This document shows, one piece after another, positions 9,527 through 19,211 of a stretch of 64,000 bases of DNA; position 1 is the stretch's first letter, and every line of letters begins with the position of its first letter. The DNA is from a virus (lineage: Duplodnaviria > Caudoviricetes), in IMG/VR virus record IMGVR_UViG_3300037423_000960, positions 9,473-73,472 of that record; one strand, written 5' to 3'. The notes under the pieces were generated by a model. The model saw nothing but the letters and a program-made list of their open reading frames with translations. It ran no database searches and was not told where the DNA came from. The translations under genes and the position numbers were made by a program.

Positions 9527-9863
9527 GTTCGTCGGCCTCCCACATAAGACGTCTCTTGAAGCGCTCCATGTCGTATAGGTGCGACCCTGCGTTGGCTTCA
9601 CTCGTGAAAAACATCTCACGATCTGAGCTTTTCTCCCCGCGCATTCCTATCACGAGTACAGTCTCAAATGGGTCGAGAATGTGCTCTCGTATCGCGCCCA
9701 GGAGTACGTTCTGAACCGGCACAGATTCTTTCGTCTGCATGTCAAGGCGCACGACGCTAGAAGCTGTCTGACGGTTAATGAGATCGTGCAGCACGGCAGC
9801 GTCTTCTTGCGACCAATGGTGCCCGCTAAGATGTTTGACGGCGAGATCAAGTAGAGTGGGCAT
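9510..9863 (-). CDS. Hypothetical protein
   Basis: TAATG coupling with upstream gene. Confidence 0.55.
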   Translation of the reverse strand: MPTLLDLAVKHLSGHHWSQEDAAVLHDLINRQTASSVVRLDMQTKESVPVQNVLLGAIREHILDPFETVLVIGMRGEKSSDREMFFTSEANAGSHLYDMERFKRRLMWEADERVREG

Positions 9864-10060
9864 TAAGATACCTCGTCGGTGCAGATAATGGTGTACCACA
9901 TAGAGTCGCTTGGGGTCACCACTTGAAAAACTGTGTATCCTTGGCTCTCGATATGGTTTAGATATCTTACAAGCGAAGGAGACTCCTTGAAGCCCTCTGG
10001 AGCGTTTTCCTGTGAGCCTGTGTAGCGATAGAGATTGAACTCTGCGAACTTACGATTCAT
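9863..10060 (-). CDS. Hypothetical protein
   Basis: 65-aa ORF tightly packed between helicase and next gene. Confidence 0.5.
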   Translation of the reverse strand: MNRKFAEFNLYRYTGSQENAPEGFKESPSLVRYLNHIESQGYTVFQVVTPSDSMWYTIICTDEVS

Positions 10061-10061
10061 A

Positions 10062-11534
10062 CTACCTCACTAAGTCGCAGTGCTGAGAGGCGCGCGTGAT
10101 GGCCGTGTACAGCCAACGATCATGACCATCTCCGGGCCAGTCGTCGCAGACTATGATTTGCTTCCACTCTGAGCCTTGGGACTGATGACAGGTAATCGCG
10201 TATCCCCACCAGAACTTCCCGAACTGGTCGTCAAGATAATCAGTCTGCGAACGGCCTCCAAAGCCTCTGGTCCACGCATCCACGTTCGTAATGACTCGAC
10301 CGTAAGGGTCCTCAATGTCCATTCGCGTGACGGAACCGTTGCGCGTGAGCTCACTTCTCTTGACGGTGTAGAGCTCACCATTCATTATTCCTCTCTTCTT
10401 GTCGTTGAACACGGCGACAATCTTTTCACCGACTTGAGGATAGGCGGTGTTGAATCCCAGCTTTCCCCTGACGAAGCGGCATAGTCTCTCGCGAGTCTTG
10501 TGAGTGCCACAGATGATTTGATCGATCTCTAGCCACGACGAGTCAGGAAGCGTGTTGCGGCCATGGATGTTCAGGCTCTCGTTACGAGAAATCTGACCTC
10601 CGCTGCGTAACTTCTCACCGGCGAGAGGGATACCAGCGCCGACACCCTTCTGCCGCTCGATGCGAGTTAGAACTGTATGAGGCCTGACGTTGTGCCAGAA
10701 GGGCTTCGCCTTTACGGGCGGGAGCTGGAAGGGGTCGCCAACGAGAATCGTCGGGATACCGAAGGAGATAATATCCTTACCGATAGTCTCGTTGACCATG
10801 GAGGACTCGTCCACCATGATGAGGCTGAACTTCTCCATCAGCTCCTGAGGTTCCTTCTTCCTCACTGGAAGATCCTCGGCCATGAGGTCGCGAATATTCT
10901 GCTTGTGCTGAGACAATTTCTCAGTCTTCACCTTCTCGAAGATCTTCTGTCTCTCGATAGGGTCGCTAGGAAGCTCCAGGCCCTCGAACTTAAGAATCGT
11001 CTCACCACGTTCCTCACAGAACTTACGGAACTCTGTCTCGTCGAAGGCTAGACCATCGCGCTCCAGTAATTCGTCGTACTCCGAGCGAAGATCTTGCCCG
11101 GACTGGACGATGAGGGCCTCGCTGAGTTGATTGAAGCTCTTAGCTTCCTCCCACATCCTGAGGCGTTCTCGCTGAAAGTTGATCTCCTCCGACACCGTGA
11201 TGTAGATCAGCTTATGAATCGTCTGGGTGAACATCCCAGTCTTGTTGGCGAGGACCTTAGCTGCTCGATTAGTCGGAGCACACAGAGCCACGCGAGAGTA
11301 CGGGGTTCTGAGACGTCCTATGAGTATCCTCAGTAGTGTCGTCTTACCCGTTCCGGCATACCCCTGCATCACGTAGGGGGCCTCGTGGGCGCGACCGGAG
11401 TTAAACCAACGAACTGCATCATCGACAGCGGCACGTTGCTGCGGATTCAGATCGTCATAAGTTAACTCAACAGCCGCGCCCACTCGCCCCGCCCCGGAGC
11501 TCTCGTCTGCAACTTCAACCGTCACTGCATTCAC
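10062..11534 (-). CDS. SF1B RecD2/Dda-like 5'-3' DNA helicase
   Basis: QGYAGTGKTT, CAPTNRAA, IMVDESSMV, LVGDPFQLPPV, YAITCHQSQGSEW and WLYTAITRA; GTG start with AGGAG RBS. Confidence 0.9.
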   Translation of the reverse strand: MNAVTVEVADESSGAGRVGAAVELTYDDLNPQQRAAVDDAVRWFNSGRAHEAPYVMQGYAGTGKTTLLRILIGRLRTPYSRVALCAPTNRAAKVLANKTGMFTQTIHKLIYITVSEEINFQRERLRMWEEAKSFNQLSEALIVQSGQDLRSEYDELLERDGLAFDETEFRKFCEERGETILKFEGLELPSDPIERQKIFEKVKTEKLSQHKQNIRDLMAEDLPVRKKEPQELMEKFSLIMVDESSMVNETIGKDIISFGIPTILVGDPFQLPPVKAKPFWHNVRPHTVLTRIERQKGVGAGIPLAGEKLRSGGQISRNESLNIHGRNTLPDSSWLEIDQIICGTHKTRERLCRFVRGKLGFNTAYPQVGEKIVAVFNDKKRGIMNGELYTVKRSELTRNGSVTRMDIEDPYGRVITNVDAWTRGFGGRSQTDYLDDQFGKFWWGYAITCHQSQGSEWKQIIVCDDWPGDGHDRWLYTAITRASQHCDLVR

Positions 11535-11559
11535 GTGGAAATTCTCCTGTGAGGCTAGA

Positions 11560-11802
11560 TTATTCCGGCATAGGCTCGCTACAGCCGGCGACGACGAACT
11601 GAGGATTATGACCCCCGTAGCTGTCGCCGAACTGACCAAGGGCAGTCTTCAGCGCCTCCATACCGGCGCTGAGATTCGCGATATCTCCGAGAGCACCAAC
11701 AGCTCCGGCGAGCGCTGAGTAGGCTTCGTCCAGCGCAGAGCGAGAGATAAGAAACTGTTCGCTCTGCGGCGGATCACCATGGGGCATGTCATCCTCGTCC
11801 AT
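11560..11802 (-). CDS. Hypothetical protein
   Basis: 80-aa ORF with AGGAG RBS. Confidence 0.5.
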   Translation of the reverse strand: MDEDDMPHGDPPQSEQFLISRSALDEAYSALAGAVGALGDIANLSAGMEALKTALGQFGDSYGGHNPQFVVAGCSEPMPE

Positions 11803-11840
11803 TAGGTTTCTCCTTTATGAAGGTCGATGTCGCACTCACG

Positions 11841-12335
11841 CTAGAAGTTCTCCGCCTTCTGTGGCCCATCCTCAGGAACCGTAGGCCAGACGTACGGAAG
11901 ATCAGGCGGCTCGGTCCAGTCGAACTGACCGTAGTGTGTAGGATCCTTCCGTAGAAGGTTGCTGCGATGACTGGCGTGAAAAGCCTCGTCGCCGAGCCAC
12001 GGCGGCATGGAAATACTCCACTCAGCATTACCGATATCGTCTGACAGAAACTCCATCGTGTTGTTGTACCCGCGACGCACCCACTCGTAGATCATGCTCA
12101 TCTGATAGAGAGCTAAGGCATGTTCGTAGCCTCGCCACATCTTCGCGGCAGGATGATTCTTCCATCCTGCTCTAGAATGAACCACCGGAATGATACGTGA
12201 GATTTGACCCCGGAGTACTTCAAAACCGAGAGCAGATAGAAGCTGCTTACACTCTACGCGCTGCTTCCCGAGACGGCGATAGTCTAAGACCTTAGCCGAC
12301 TCAACGAAGCTAGGGTAAGGGAGAAAAGTCTGCAT
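11841..12335 (-). CDS. Pyrimidine-dimer DNA glycosylase/endonuclease V family protein (MSMEG_6728-like)
   Basis: MQTFLPYPSF..SAKVLDYRRLGKQRVE, WKNHPAAKMWRGYE, PPWLGDEAFHASHRSNLLRKDP and YVWP. Confidence 0.88.
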   Translation of the reverse strand: MQTFLPYPSFVESAKVLDYRRLGKQRVECKQLLSALGFEVLRGQISRIIPVVHSRAGWKNHPAAKMWRGYEHALALYQMSMIYEWVRRGYNNTMEFLSDDIGNAEWSISMPPWLGDEAFHASHRSNLLRKDPTHYGQFDWTEPPDLPYVWPTVPEDGPQKAENF

Positions 12336-13170
12336 GAGCCTCCTTGTAGGGTCGCACCCATTCGGGGAACTTCTTAAGCATACTAGCAAAGGTAAGCTCT
12401 TCCAGCAAGCCGCGGACTGCGCCTTCGTCAAACGTACCCATGCGGGTTCTCAGTCCTGGAATCTCGCGGATGTCGCGAAGCTCGATGAGTGCCTTGTTTC
12501 GCAGATAGAGCTCGTCTCCAGAGAAGAAGCGATCCAGGCGTTCCTGCTTCGTAGGACCAACGCTCATGCCCATGAGGTACTTCTTGATCGTGAGCTCTCC
12601 GACACCGTCGATGCCATCAACGCAGTCCACGCCGTCGCCGATAGCGCAGAGTCCCTTTACGAATTCGTCAGGACTACTCCACCCGGTGATCTCTGCAAAG
12701 TTATCCACCGTGACCAGCTTCTTCTCGGCCTTGCGACCTTCCTGCTTGCAGCGATAGTAGATAGAGATTCCAGGTCGCACTAGCTGGAGCCAGTCTTTAT
12801 CGTTACTGACGAGAATGGCGTGGTCCAGAGTGTTTGCCAGCATGGCTCCGATGTCGTCCGCCTCGAAGCCCTCGGCGTGAAGCTGGTCGGCTCCTACAGC
12901 TTCGAGGAAATTCTCGACTTGTTGAAGCATGATGCGTTTAGCGTCATTCATAGACGAGGGGCGATCACCCTTGTAGCCAGGATGAATCGTCGTGCGACGC
13001 TCGCTCCCGCGATCCCAGCATACGAAGATGCCGCGAGGGCCGAACTTCTTCACGGCAGATGTGAGTTGCGTCACGAAGCTGTACGTGTAGCCATTCGTTA
13101 GAAACGCCGCCGGTCCTGCGACGGAGTGAAAAACGGACAGCCCGTCGACTATAAGCGCTGGTCTCTGCAT
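12310..13170 (-). CDS. 5'-3' exonuclease / flap endonuclease (RNase H-like)
   Basis: LIVDG, CWD, R....PGYKGDR, GFEADD and LVSNDKDWLQLV. Confidence 0.88.
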   Translation of the reverse strand: MQRPALIVDGLSVFHSVAGPAAFLTNGYTYSFVTQLTSAVKKFGPRGIFVCWDRGSERRTTIHPGYKGDRPSSMNDAKRIMLQQVENFLEAVGADQLHAEGFEADDIGAMLANTLDHAILVSNDKDWLQLVRPGISIYYRCKQEGRKAEKKLVTVDNFAEITGWSSPDEFVKGLCAIGDGVDCVDGIDGVGELTIKKYLMGMSVGPTKQERLDRFFSGDELYLRNKALIELRDIREIPGLRTRMGTFDEGAVRGLLEELTFASMLKKFPEWVRPYKEAHADFSPLP

Positions 13171-13221
13171 GTTTACATCGTGCCCTTCTGAGTGCTCCTG
13201 TGCTACTACCGCGCCGCCAAC

Positions 13222-13725
13222 CTAGCGCCCGCTGCTACCAAAGCCGCCGGAGCCTCTCTGACTGTCCTCGAGGCTCTTGGACTCTGTGAAGTGGGTGCGT
13301 ACCGTTGGCCGCATTACAGCCTGTGCCACCCGGTCTCCCGGTGCAATGGTTTGGGTGGCCTCGGTGACGTTCATGAGAATCACGCACCACTCTCCGCGAT
13401 AGTCTGCGTCGATCACGCCGGTGAGTACGACCAGACCTTTGAGAGCCATGCCGCTGCGAGACTCGATGCGACAGTGAATGTCCGGGTGCATCTCTGTGGC
13501 GAATCCGAGAGGAATCTTAGCAATGCGCCCAGGACCGAGCACACAACGATAGATCGCCGTAAGATCATATCCAGCAGCACTGAGAGAACCTCGCTGCGGA
13601 ATCTTTGCGTCTGGATGTAGCCGCTGGAACTTCGTCGGATAGCTGGTGAAGTCGCTAGGCACGACATCCAAGTCTACGATGTGCGGCTCAGAATTCCCAG
13701 TATTTTCTCTAGTGCTAGCACCCAT
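13222..13725 (-). CDS. dut: Trimeric dUTPase
   Basis: SAAGYDL, ESRSGMA, GVIDADYRGE, GDRVAQ and RGSGGFGSSG; ATGA coupling to polymerase stop. Confidence 0.95.
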   Translation of the reverse strand: MGASTRENTGNSEPHIVDLDVVPSDFTSYPTKFQRLHPDAKIPQRGSLSAAGYDLTAIYRCVLGPGRIAKIPLGFATEMHPDIHCRIESRSGMALKGLVVLTGVIDADYRGEWCVILMNVTEATQTIAPGDRVAQAVMRPTVRTHFTESKSLEDSQRGSGGFGSSGR

Positions 13726-15791
13726 CACAGTTCTCCCGTCAGAAACTTTTCGTAGTTCTCTGCGCCCTGCTTCTCCATAGAAGCTTCGCCCCAAGTGCGG
13801 CCACTGGCGACGTCGATCTTAATGGGGATGGTTAGCTCCATGGCGCTCTCCATGATCTCCTGAGCCAAGTTCACGGTCTTGACGCTTGCAGAGCTGATGT
13901 CGATCTCGTCGTGAACTGTGCCGTGAGGAAGAATACCTGAGCGGTACATCTCGCGCAGCGCCATCTTTGTCATGTCTGCGGCGCTTCCCTGGATAAGACG
14001 ATTCAGTGCCTTGTTGAGAAACTTGTAAGTACGCCCGTCGTCCTCTTTCGGGAAACGGAATCGTCGTCCCACTGGAGTCTTAATGTAACCCTTCTGCTTG
14101 ACAGCGTTCTGGGCCTTGCGAGCAAGCTGGCGAATGAATGGAGCCTGCTCGTCGAAGACAGCCATCAACTCCTGAGCCTCGGGGCCAGCCTTGAGATATT
14201 TGAACTCCTGATCACCCTTCATGAAGGAAGCCTCGGTGTACGGTAGACCGAGCGATAATGCCAGCTTTCCGCCGCCCATCCCGTAGGCCACGCCCAGATT
14301 GATAATCTTCGCTGGTTTGCGCTTCTTGGGATCCTTCCAGTCCTCCAGGACTGTGGCGACCATCTTGCGGGTTTCGTCGTGCAGGTCGGTACGCGGATTG
14401 GCTCTAAATCGATCAGCCATCTCGCGAGCCTTCATGCAGCCCGTGATCTCGGCAAAGTGAACTGTCAGACGAGGCTCTTGCGAAGAGTAGTCCATCACAT
14501 GGAAGAACTCACCCTCCTCAGGAAGAATCATGCTGCGAACCATTAAGCCTAGCTCAGGATCCTTGTCTGGCGAGGGAAAATTCTGGAAATTCGGCTGAGA
14601 AGAACTGAACCGCCCTGACAGCGCTCCGCGAACACCAGCCTTCAGCTCCTTACCGAGAACTCCTCCGCTGTCGTCGTCACGCTTGAGGGGATTGAAGTTC
14701 GGGAAGATGCGTCCGCCTTCCTGGAGGTAGAGCAGATTGTTCTCGAGAAACGTGGATCTAATGTTGTTCGTCTTGCGGCCGCGAAGAATAGCGTTTGCAA
14801 CTGGATGGGATAGAGATCGTAGCCAGTCTGCCGTGATACTCGGCTGCTCGGTCTTCTCGGTGAGGCCGTACTTAATGCTGAGCTTGTCAAATATTCGCGA
14901 GAGTTCTGCGGCATTGTCCCAGCTTCCTACAGTGATCCCAGTCTTATCCTTGATAAACCGTCTGGCGAGATCTTCTTCGTGAACTAACTTGCGCTGCTGA
15001 ATCTCGATGCCCGGAACGTCGACACGAACTCCGCGCATCCGCATATCTACGAGCATTGGGATAAGATCACACTCGAGCTCGTAGACTTTCTGGAGCTCCT
15101 GTTCCTCCATGATGGGATTGTAGAAGTCCCACAGAAGTCGAGTGATTGCGACGTCCTCACGACCGTAGATACCTACGACGTCGGGATGCACCCTCATGAG
15201 ATGCATCTTGATGTTGTCAGCCTTCGTGTTCTTCACACCGAGTTTCTTAGCTGCCTCAGCTAATGCGCGCTCGTCCTTACCACGTCCCACGAGGTCTTTG
15301 GCTAACCGATCTAGCTGATAGTTCGGACGATGCTCGTCCACGAGCGGAGCCTGAAACGAGACATCCTCTATGCGACCTGAGATCTTAATTCCCTCAGCAC
15401 GAAACCAACCGACGTCGTACTGTGCGTGGAAGAAGATCTTAGGTTGAGAATCGTCCTTCGTCAACTGACTACTCAGCCAGCTCTTCACCTTCACGGGATC
15501 TAGATTTCCCTCAGTGTGCCCGATGGGTAGATACTCGTGGAAGTTTTCAGCGTGAACTGCGATGCCGATTATCTTCCCGCCGTTCTGACCCTCGCGAGAA
15601 TAGGACCAGCCGGAGCCTCTCGTCTTCAGGAGAGGATCGTGAGTTTCTGAGTCTAGGGTAATCGGACCGTGAAGCTCGGGAAGATCCGAGAACATGTCTA
15701 GCATTGACGTTGGCTTTCGCTTACTGCGACTACCCTGTCTAACAGGGCCGTCCAGAAGCTCTTGTATAAAGCTGGTTTGTTCTGTTGACAA
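13725..15791 (-). CDS. polA: Family A DNA polymerase with 3'-5' exonuclease domain
   Basis: LDSETH, GRFSSSQPNFQN, MDYSSQEPRL, KIINLGVAYGMG, LNRLIQGSAAD and VHDEI. Confidence 0.95.
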   Translation of the reverse strand: MSTEQTSFIQELLDGPVRQGSRSKRKPTSMLDMFSDLPELHGPITLDSETHDPLLKTRGSGWSYSREGQNGGKIIGIAVHAENFHEYLPIGHTEGNLDPVKVKSWLSSQLTKDDSQPKIFFHAQYDVGWFRAEGIKISGRIEDVSFQAPLVDEHRPNYQLDRLAKDLVGRGKDERALAEAAKKLGVKNTKADNIKMHLMRVHPDVVGIYGREDVAITRLLWDFYNPIMEEQELQKVYELECDLIPMLVDMRMRGVRVDVPGIEIQQRKLVHEEDLARRFIKDKTGITVGSWDNAAELSRIFDKLSIKYGLTEKTEQPSITADWLRSLSHPVANAILRGRKTNNIRSTFLENNLLYLQEGGRIFPNFNPLKRDDDSGGVLGKELKAGVRGALSGRFSSSQPNFQNFPSPDKDPELGLMVRSMILPEEGEFFHVMDYSSQEPRLTVHFAEITGCMKAREMADRFRANPRTDLHDETRKMVATVLEDWKDPKKRKPAKIINLGVAYGMGGGKLALSLGLPYTEASFMKGDQEFKYLKAGPEAQELMAVFDEQAPFIRQLARKAQNAVKQKGYIKTPVGRRFRFPKEDDGRTYKFLNKALNRLIQGSAADMTKMALREMYRSGILPHGTVHDEIDISSASVKTVNLAQEIMESAMELTIPIKIDVASGRTWGEASMEKQGAENYEKFLTGEL

Positions 15792-15792
15792 G

Positions 15793-16281
15793 CTACGCGG
15801 CCAGTGCCTGAGCTTTCTCGAGAAGCGCGGACATATGCTTCCGCGCTAATTCTATGCCTAGCCGAGAGTCCCAAGTGCAGAGATGTGAGATAGCGAGTTG
15901 CTCGTCGGCGTCCGAGATGCCGTTCTGCTCAAAGAACATCTGGAGATCGCTGTAGGGAGCACGGCCAGTCGGCGCATAGTCGTACTGTACGATACACTCA
16001 AGAATCTTATCGCAGTAGTGGACGCCCTTCTGTAAATCCTCGACTCCGTTCTTCTTCCTCCAGCGTGAGGCATACTTAGAACCGCAGCTCTCGAGATAGC
16101 CGATGCGATTCTTGGCACACAGATCCCAGTGCTGAAACTTCGCACCCTTGTAGTGACTGCCTCCATGCTGGATGTCGTTGGCACTCGGTTGCTTCTTGCT
16201 TCCGGTGGAATGCTCGCAGTAGCCAAGAGTCTGCCCACAGACTGAACAGTTGCCCTCGCGACAGTTGTCGTAGTGTCCCAT
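15793..16281 (-). CDS. DUF3310 (SaV/T7 gp1.7-like) protein, putative nucleotide kinase
   Basis: QHGGSHYKG, QHWD, KYASRWRKKNGVEDLQKGVHY; N-terminal Cys cluster. Confidence 0.75.
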   Translation of the reverse strand: MGHYDNCREGNCSVCGQTLGYCEHSTGSKKQPSANDIQHGGSHYKGAKFQHWDLCAKNRIGYLESCGSKYASRWRKKNGVEDLQKGVHYCDKILECIVQYDYAPTGRAPYSDLQMFFEQNGISDADEQLAISHLCTWDSRLGIELARKHMSALLEKAQALAA

Positions 16282-16835
16282 CAGCTTCTAGCCTTTCTCC
16301 ATTGACCGTCAAGATCTCTGCGCATGTTCGCGATGTTCGTCATGAGCCACGGAGACATAGTGACGAACTCAGCTCTGTAAAGTTCTAGTGTCTGAGTCAT
16401 TTTGTCCCAGGCTCTCTTATAGTAGATCTCCGCGTAGCGATTGCCGAGCATCCTCTCATGGATCATACTGACGCAGAACTCAGCACGATCACACAGTTCG
16501 ACGAGCCCCCACTCAGGATCAGTGAGACCCTCTATCAAAGAGTAGAGAGCTTGAGGTAACGTGGTTCTCATGTGATCACGCTCAAGCTTGTCCATGAGAG
16601 TCTCCAGTACAGGATCGGACCACTTTGTCGGACCCGGCATATCTCCCGTAGCCTTCTCGCCGAAGTCATGGAGCTGAGCGGCTATGATAATCTCTCGCCG
16701 GGCATCAGGCCAGAGCATAAGAAGAAGGAGAACGACTCCCCACGTATGCTCGCTGATATTCTCAGCGTGGATGTTCTCCATCGTGTGCTTTCGCCGAACC
16801 TTTCCGGAGAGCCACGCGTCTACGAAGGAGATCAT
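16281..16835 (-). CDS. HD-domain phosphohydrolase (YfbR-like deoxynucleotidase)
   Basis: VRRKHT, ENISEHTWGV, QLHDFGEKATGDMP and CDRAE. Confidence 0.8.
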   Translation of the reverse strand: MISFVDAWLSGKVRRKHTMENIHAENISEHTWGVVLLLLMLWPDARREIIIAAQLHDFGEKATGDMPGPTKWSDPVLETLMDKLERDHMRTTLPQALYSLIEGLTDPEWGLVELCDRAEFCVSMIHERMLGNRYAEIYYKRAWDKMTQTLELYRAEFVTMSPWLMTNIANMRRDLDGQWRKARS

Positions 16836-17869
16836 CTTGCGAGAGCTTTCCTCTGAGCCTTCACCTGCTTATCCATCAACCAGTTCACGCAGGCCAGTCG
16901 CAAGGATTCTGACTCACACGTTCGCAAGATCTCCATGGCAAGATCTATGCGAACTTCTATAGGAGTATCTATGCCTGTGAGACTCTTCAGCTTGTATATC
17001 CTGTAAGCCTCGCAAATCGGTCTCACTACGCGGCCGAGATAAGAACTCAATTTACCGACGGGAATCTCGCCTCCGTTGACGAATTCTGCTAGAATCTTCA
17101 TATCGAGAGTGAGACCGTGTTCCGTTAGACTGTAGTCTGCCTTCTGAGAGGCGAAGTTCTTAAACTCGTCCATGTGCTCCCAGCAGCGCTGGGAGGTCTC
17201 GTTCTCAAGGTAGAGGTGCATGTTCTTGGAGATCTGGTAGTAGGTGCCGACCTCGAGACCTGCGTGATAGGCGATGTACTCATGCAGAAGTGAGAAGTGA
17301 ACGAGATTACTACCCATAGCTCCGTAGACGAGGTCGTTGCTGCGATTAGTCACCGTCATGTCAAGAAGATAGCCGCCCTCTCTCGGACGGGTGTCGAACA
17401 AGACCTGCTGGTTGCAGGCGAAGTCACGTCCCTGATCCTTCACTAGCTCTTGGGAGTCCCAGATCTGAAGAACGATACGACGATCCTCTGGATTACTTCG
17501 TAGTTTCTGCACAACTCTCGCGAGTTGATCGAAGTGGAAGTGTCTGCGCCAACGGAAGCCGTACGGAGCCGCGAAAGTCACTCCGTCGTCAGAGTAATTC
17601 TTCATGCCGCTGTTGTAGAGATTCAGAGGCGCTACGGTGTCTAGGCCGGCGAACATCCACATCGTCTCGAAGAGATGGAAGAAGTGATTCGCGTCCCGCA
17701 CAGGATGGTCGAGAAGTCTCCTGCGAGGATTGACGTACTCTAGACACACCGGCTTCGGGAACCGAATGACAGGACCGTTACGACTGTCGGTCTTGATTCC
17801 CTCCGACTTGAGAGCTTGCATCACACGACCGAAGCCCTCGTTGGGGCAGTCTATCTCGAAGCTATACAT
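16832..17869 (-). CDS. Thymidylate-synthase homologue, probable dUMP hydroxymethylase
   Basis: DRRIVLQIWD, catalytic FAC and NRSNDLVYGAMGSN (RSND hydroxymethylase-type motif, Asn at the dUMP-specificity position); lies next to a 5-hmdU kinase. Confidence 0.85.
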   Translation of the reverse strand: MYSFEIDCPNEGFGRVMQALKSEGIKTDSRNGPVIRFPKPVCLEYVNPRRRLLDHPVRDANHFFHLFETMWMFAGLDTVAPLNLYNSGMKNYSDDGVTFAAPYGFRWRRHFHFDQLARVVQKLRSNPEDRRIVLQIWDSQELVKDQGRDFACNQQVLFDTRPREGGYLLDMTVTNRSNDLVYGAMGSNLVHFSLLHEYIAYHAGLEVGTYYQISKNMHLYLENETSQRCWEHMDEFKNFASQKADYSLTEHGLTLDMKILAEFVNGGEIPVGKLSSYLGRVVRPICEAYRIYKLKSLTGIDTPIEVRIDLAMEILRTCESESLRLACVNWLMDKQVKAQRKALAR

Positions 17870-18095
17870 TCTCAGTCTCTTCCTGATACATGCCGATGAG
17901 ATTACCGTGTCCGTCTGACTGCCCGTCCAGATGATGGCGACCGCGAGAACACACGACGTAATACCCCTCGCGGTCTCTAAAGACCTTCCGCAGAGAGTTT
18001 TTCTTCATGCAGTCAAAGTCTCCGTCGACGCGGATGTAGGAGCCTGCCTTGATCTCAGCCAGACGGGCGTACCTGCGACCTTGCTTATCTCTCAC
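17862..18095 (-). CDS. Small basic hypothetical protein
   Basis: 77 aa, overlapping both neighbours within the modification cluster. Confidence 0.55.
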   Translation of the reverse strand: MRDKQGRRYARLAEIKAGSYIRVDGDFDCMKKNSLRKVFRDREGYYVVCSRGRHHLDGQSDGHGNLIGMYQEETENV

Positions 18096-18904
18096 GCACC
18101 CCTCCGGAAGCTAGGATTGATGAACTCACGACCGCGGGTTTGGTACGCTTTCTTCCACTGGACGCGCACGTCCTTGCGTGTTCCCGAAAAGCCGCCGCTG
18201 CCCGTCTTGGGTGTCTTTTCTACGACTTTGACGACTTTCGGGTGGAGCTCCGCAAGACGCTCAGCCGCCGCCGCTTGAGTCTCGCTAGTTCGGTAGTGGC
18301 TGAAGCCTCCAGGAGCTCCTGATCCCTTGCACTGATCCCAGGCGGCATCCGTAATGACGGCGTTTTTCTCACCTTTCTCAAAAAGCGAAAGAACGACATG
18401 GTAGTCCTCCATCATGTCAACGTCGTCGTAGCGAATGCCGTAGTGCCGCAGCGCCTCAGGTAAGACGCAGTGGACCGCGTTCATGCGCTCCACAGTGAGC
18501 GTCGTAGCAGGATACGCCCAATTATTTCCCTGCCTAGGCGATAATCCTGAATGGACGTAATCGTTGTGAGCCACGAGAATATGAAGTCTCGAAAAGATAC
18601 GCTCCACGTCGGCACCGGCGGGACGTAGATTGTGCGCGGATGGATCCTTGCGAACGAAAAACGCTAGATCGTCGTCTAGCATGATGACCGGCTCACCCTG
18701 TCTAGCAAGCTCGTCGACAATCCATTGCCGCACCGCAGCCAGCCCTACCGGGGGCCGCGCCACTGCGTTTCGAGAGCGCTCGAGATGCTCGGTGACCTCC
18801 TCCGCGGGGCATACCAGCGTTGTGCATTGCCGCAGAGCCGGCGTCAGGTTGTCCCATGTAAATTGAGCGTTGACACGATCACGCGTCGGGATGAAGATCT
18901 GCAT
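18092..18904 (-). CDS. GT-A-like glycosyltransferase (GREB1/TET-associated GT-like)
   Basis: IFIPTRDR start, VIMLDDDLAF (DxD-type) and MMEDYHVVLSLFEKG. Confidence 0.65.
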   Translation of the reverse strand: MQIFIPTRDRVNAQFTWDNLTPALRQCTTLVCPAEEVTEHLERSRNAVARPPVGLAAVRQWIVDELARQGEPVIMLDDDLAFFVRKDPSAHNLRPAGADVERIFSRLHILVAHNDYVHSGLSPRQGNNWAYPATTLTVERMNAVHCVLPEALRHYGIRYDDVDMMEDYHVVLSLFEKGEKNAVITDAAWDQCKGSGAPGGFSHYRTSETQAAAAERLAELHPKVVKVVEKTPKTGSGGFSGTRKDVRVQWKKAYQTRGREFINPSFRRGA

Positions 18905-19169
18905 TCTTAATTCCTTCTATGCGAGTAATGCCATGACGGTGAAGGACTACGACAACGTCTTCCTCCATGGCGTCTATCTCGATCTCGTAGCCGATCATCT
19001 CCACGTCAAGGCGCAGAATGGGAAATCTCGAGGCTCCCATGGAGAACTCGGCATCCGTGAGATGAAGTTTGTTGACGAATTTACCACTCTCGTCTCTACC
19101 GACGAGAAGCTCCCCGTCCCGTCCCTCGAGATGTATGTCGCGTTGTCCGGGGCCTAATCTGAGCTTCAC
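18879..19169 (-). CDS. Hypothetical acidic beta-rich protein
   Basis: 96-aa ORF between the kinase and GT genes. Confidence 0.5.
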   Translation of the reverse strand: MKLRLGPGQRDIHLEGRDGELLVGRDESGKFVNKLHLTDAEFSMGASRFPILRLDVEMIGYEIEIDAMEEDVVVVLHRHGITRIEGIKNADLHPDA

Positions 19170-19211
19170 ACCTGCCTCCTGCTGAGTAGCTATCTTATAG
19201 CAAGCCGTTTC

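Noticed and set aside
16832-17869. Call as ordinary thyA or as dCMP hydroxymethylase
   Set aside because: The RSND motif and adjacent 5-hmdU kinase argue against plain ThyA; Asn rather than Asp at the specificity position argues against a dCMP substrate.
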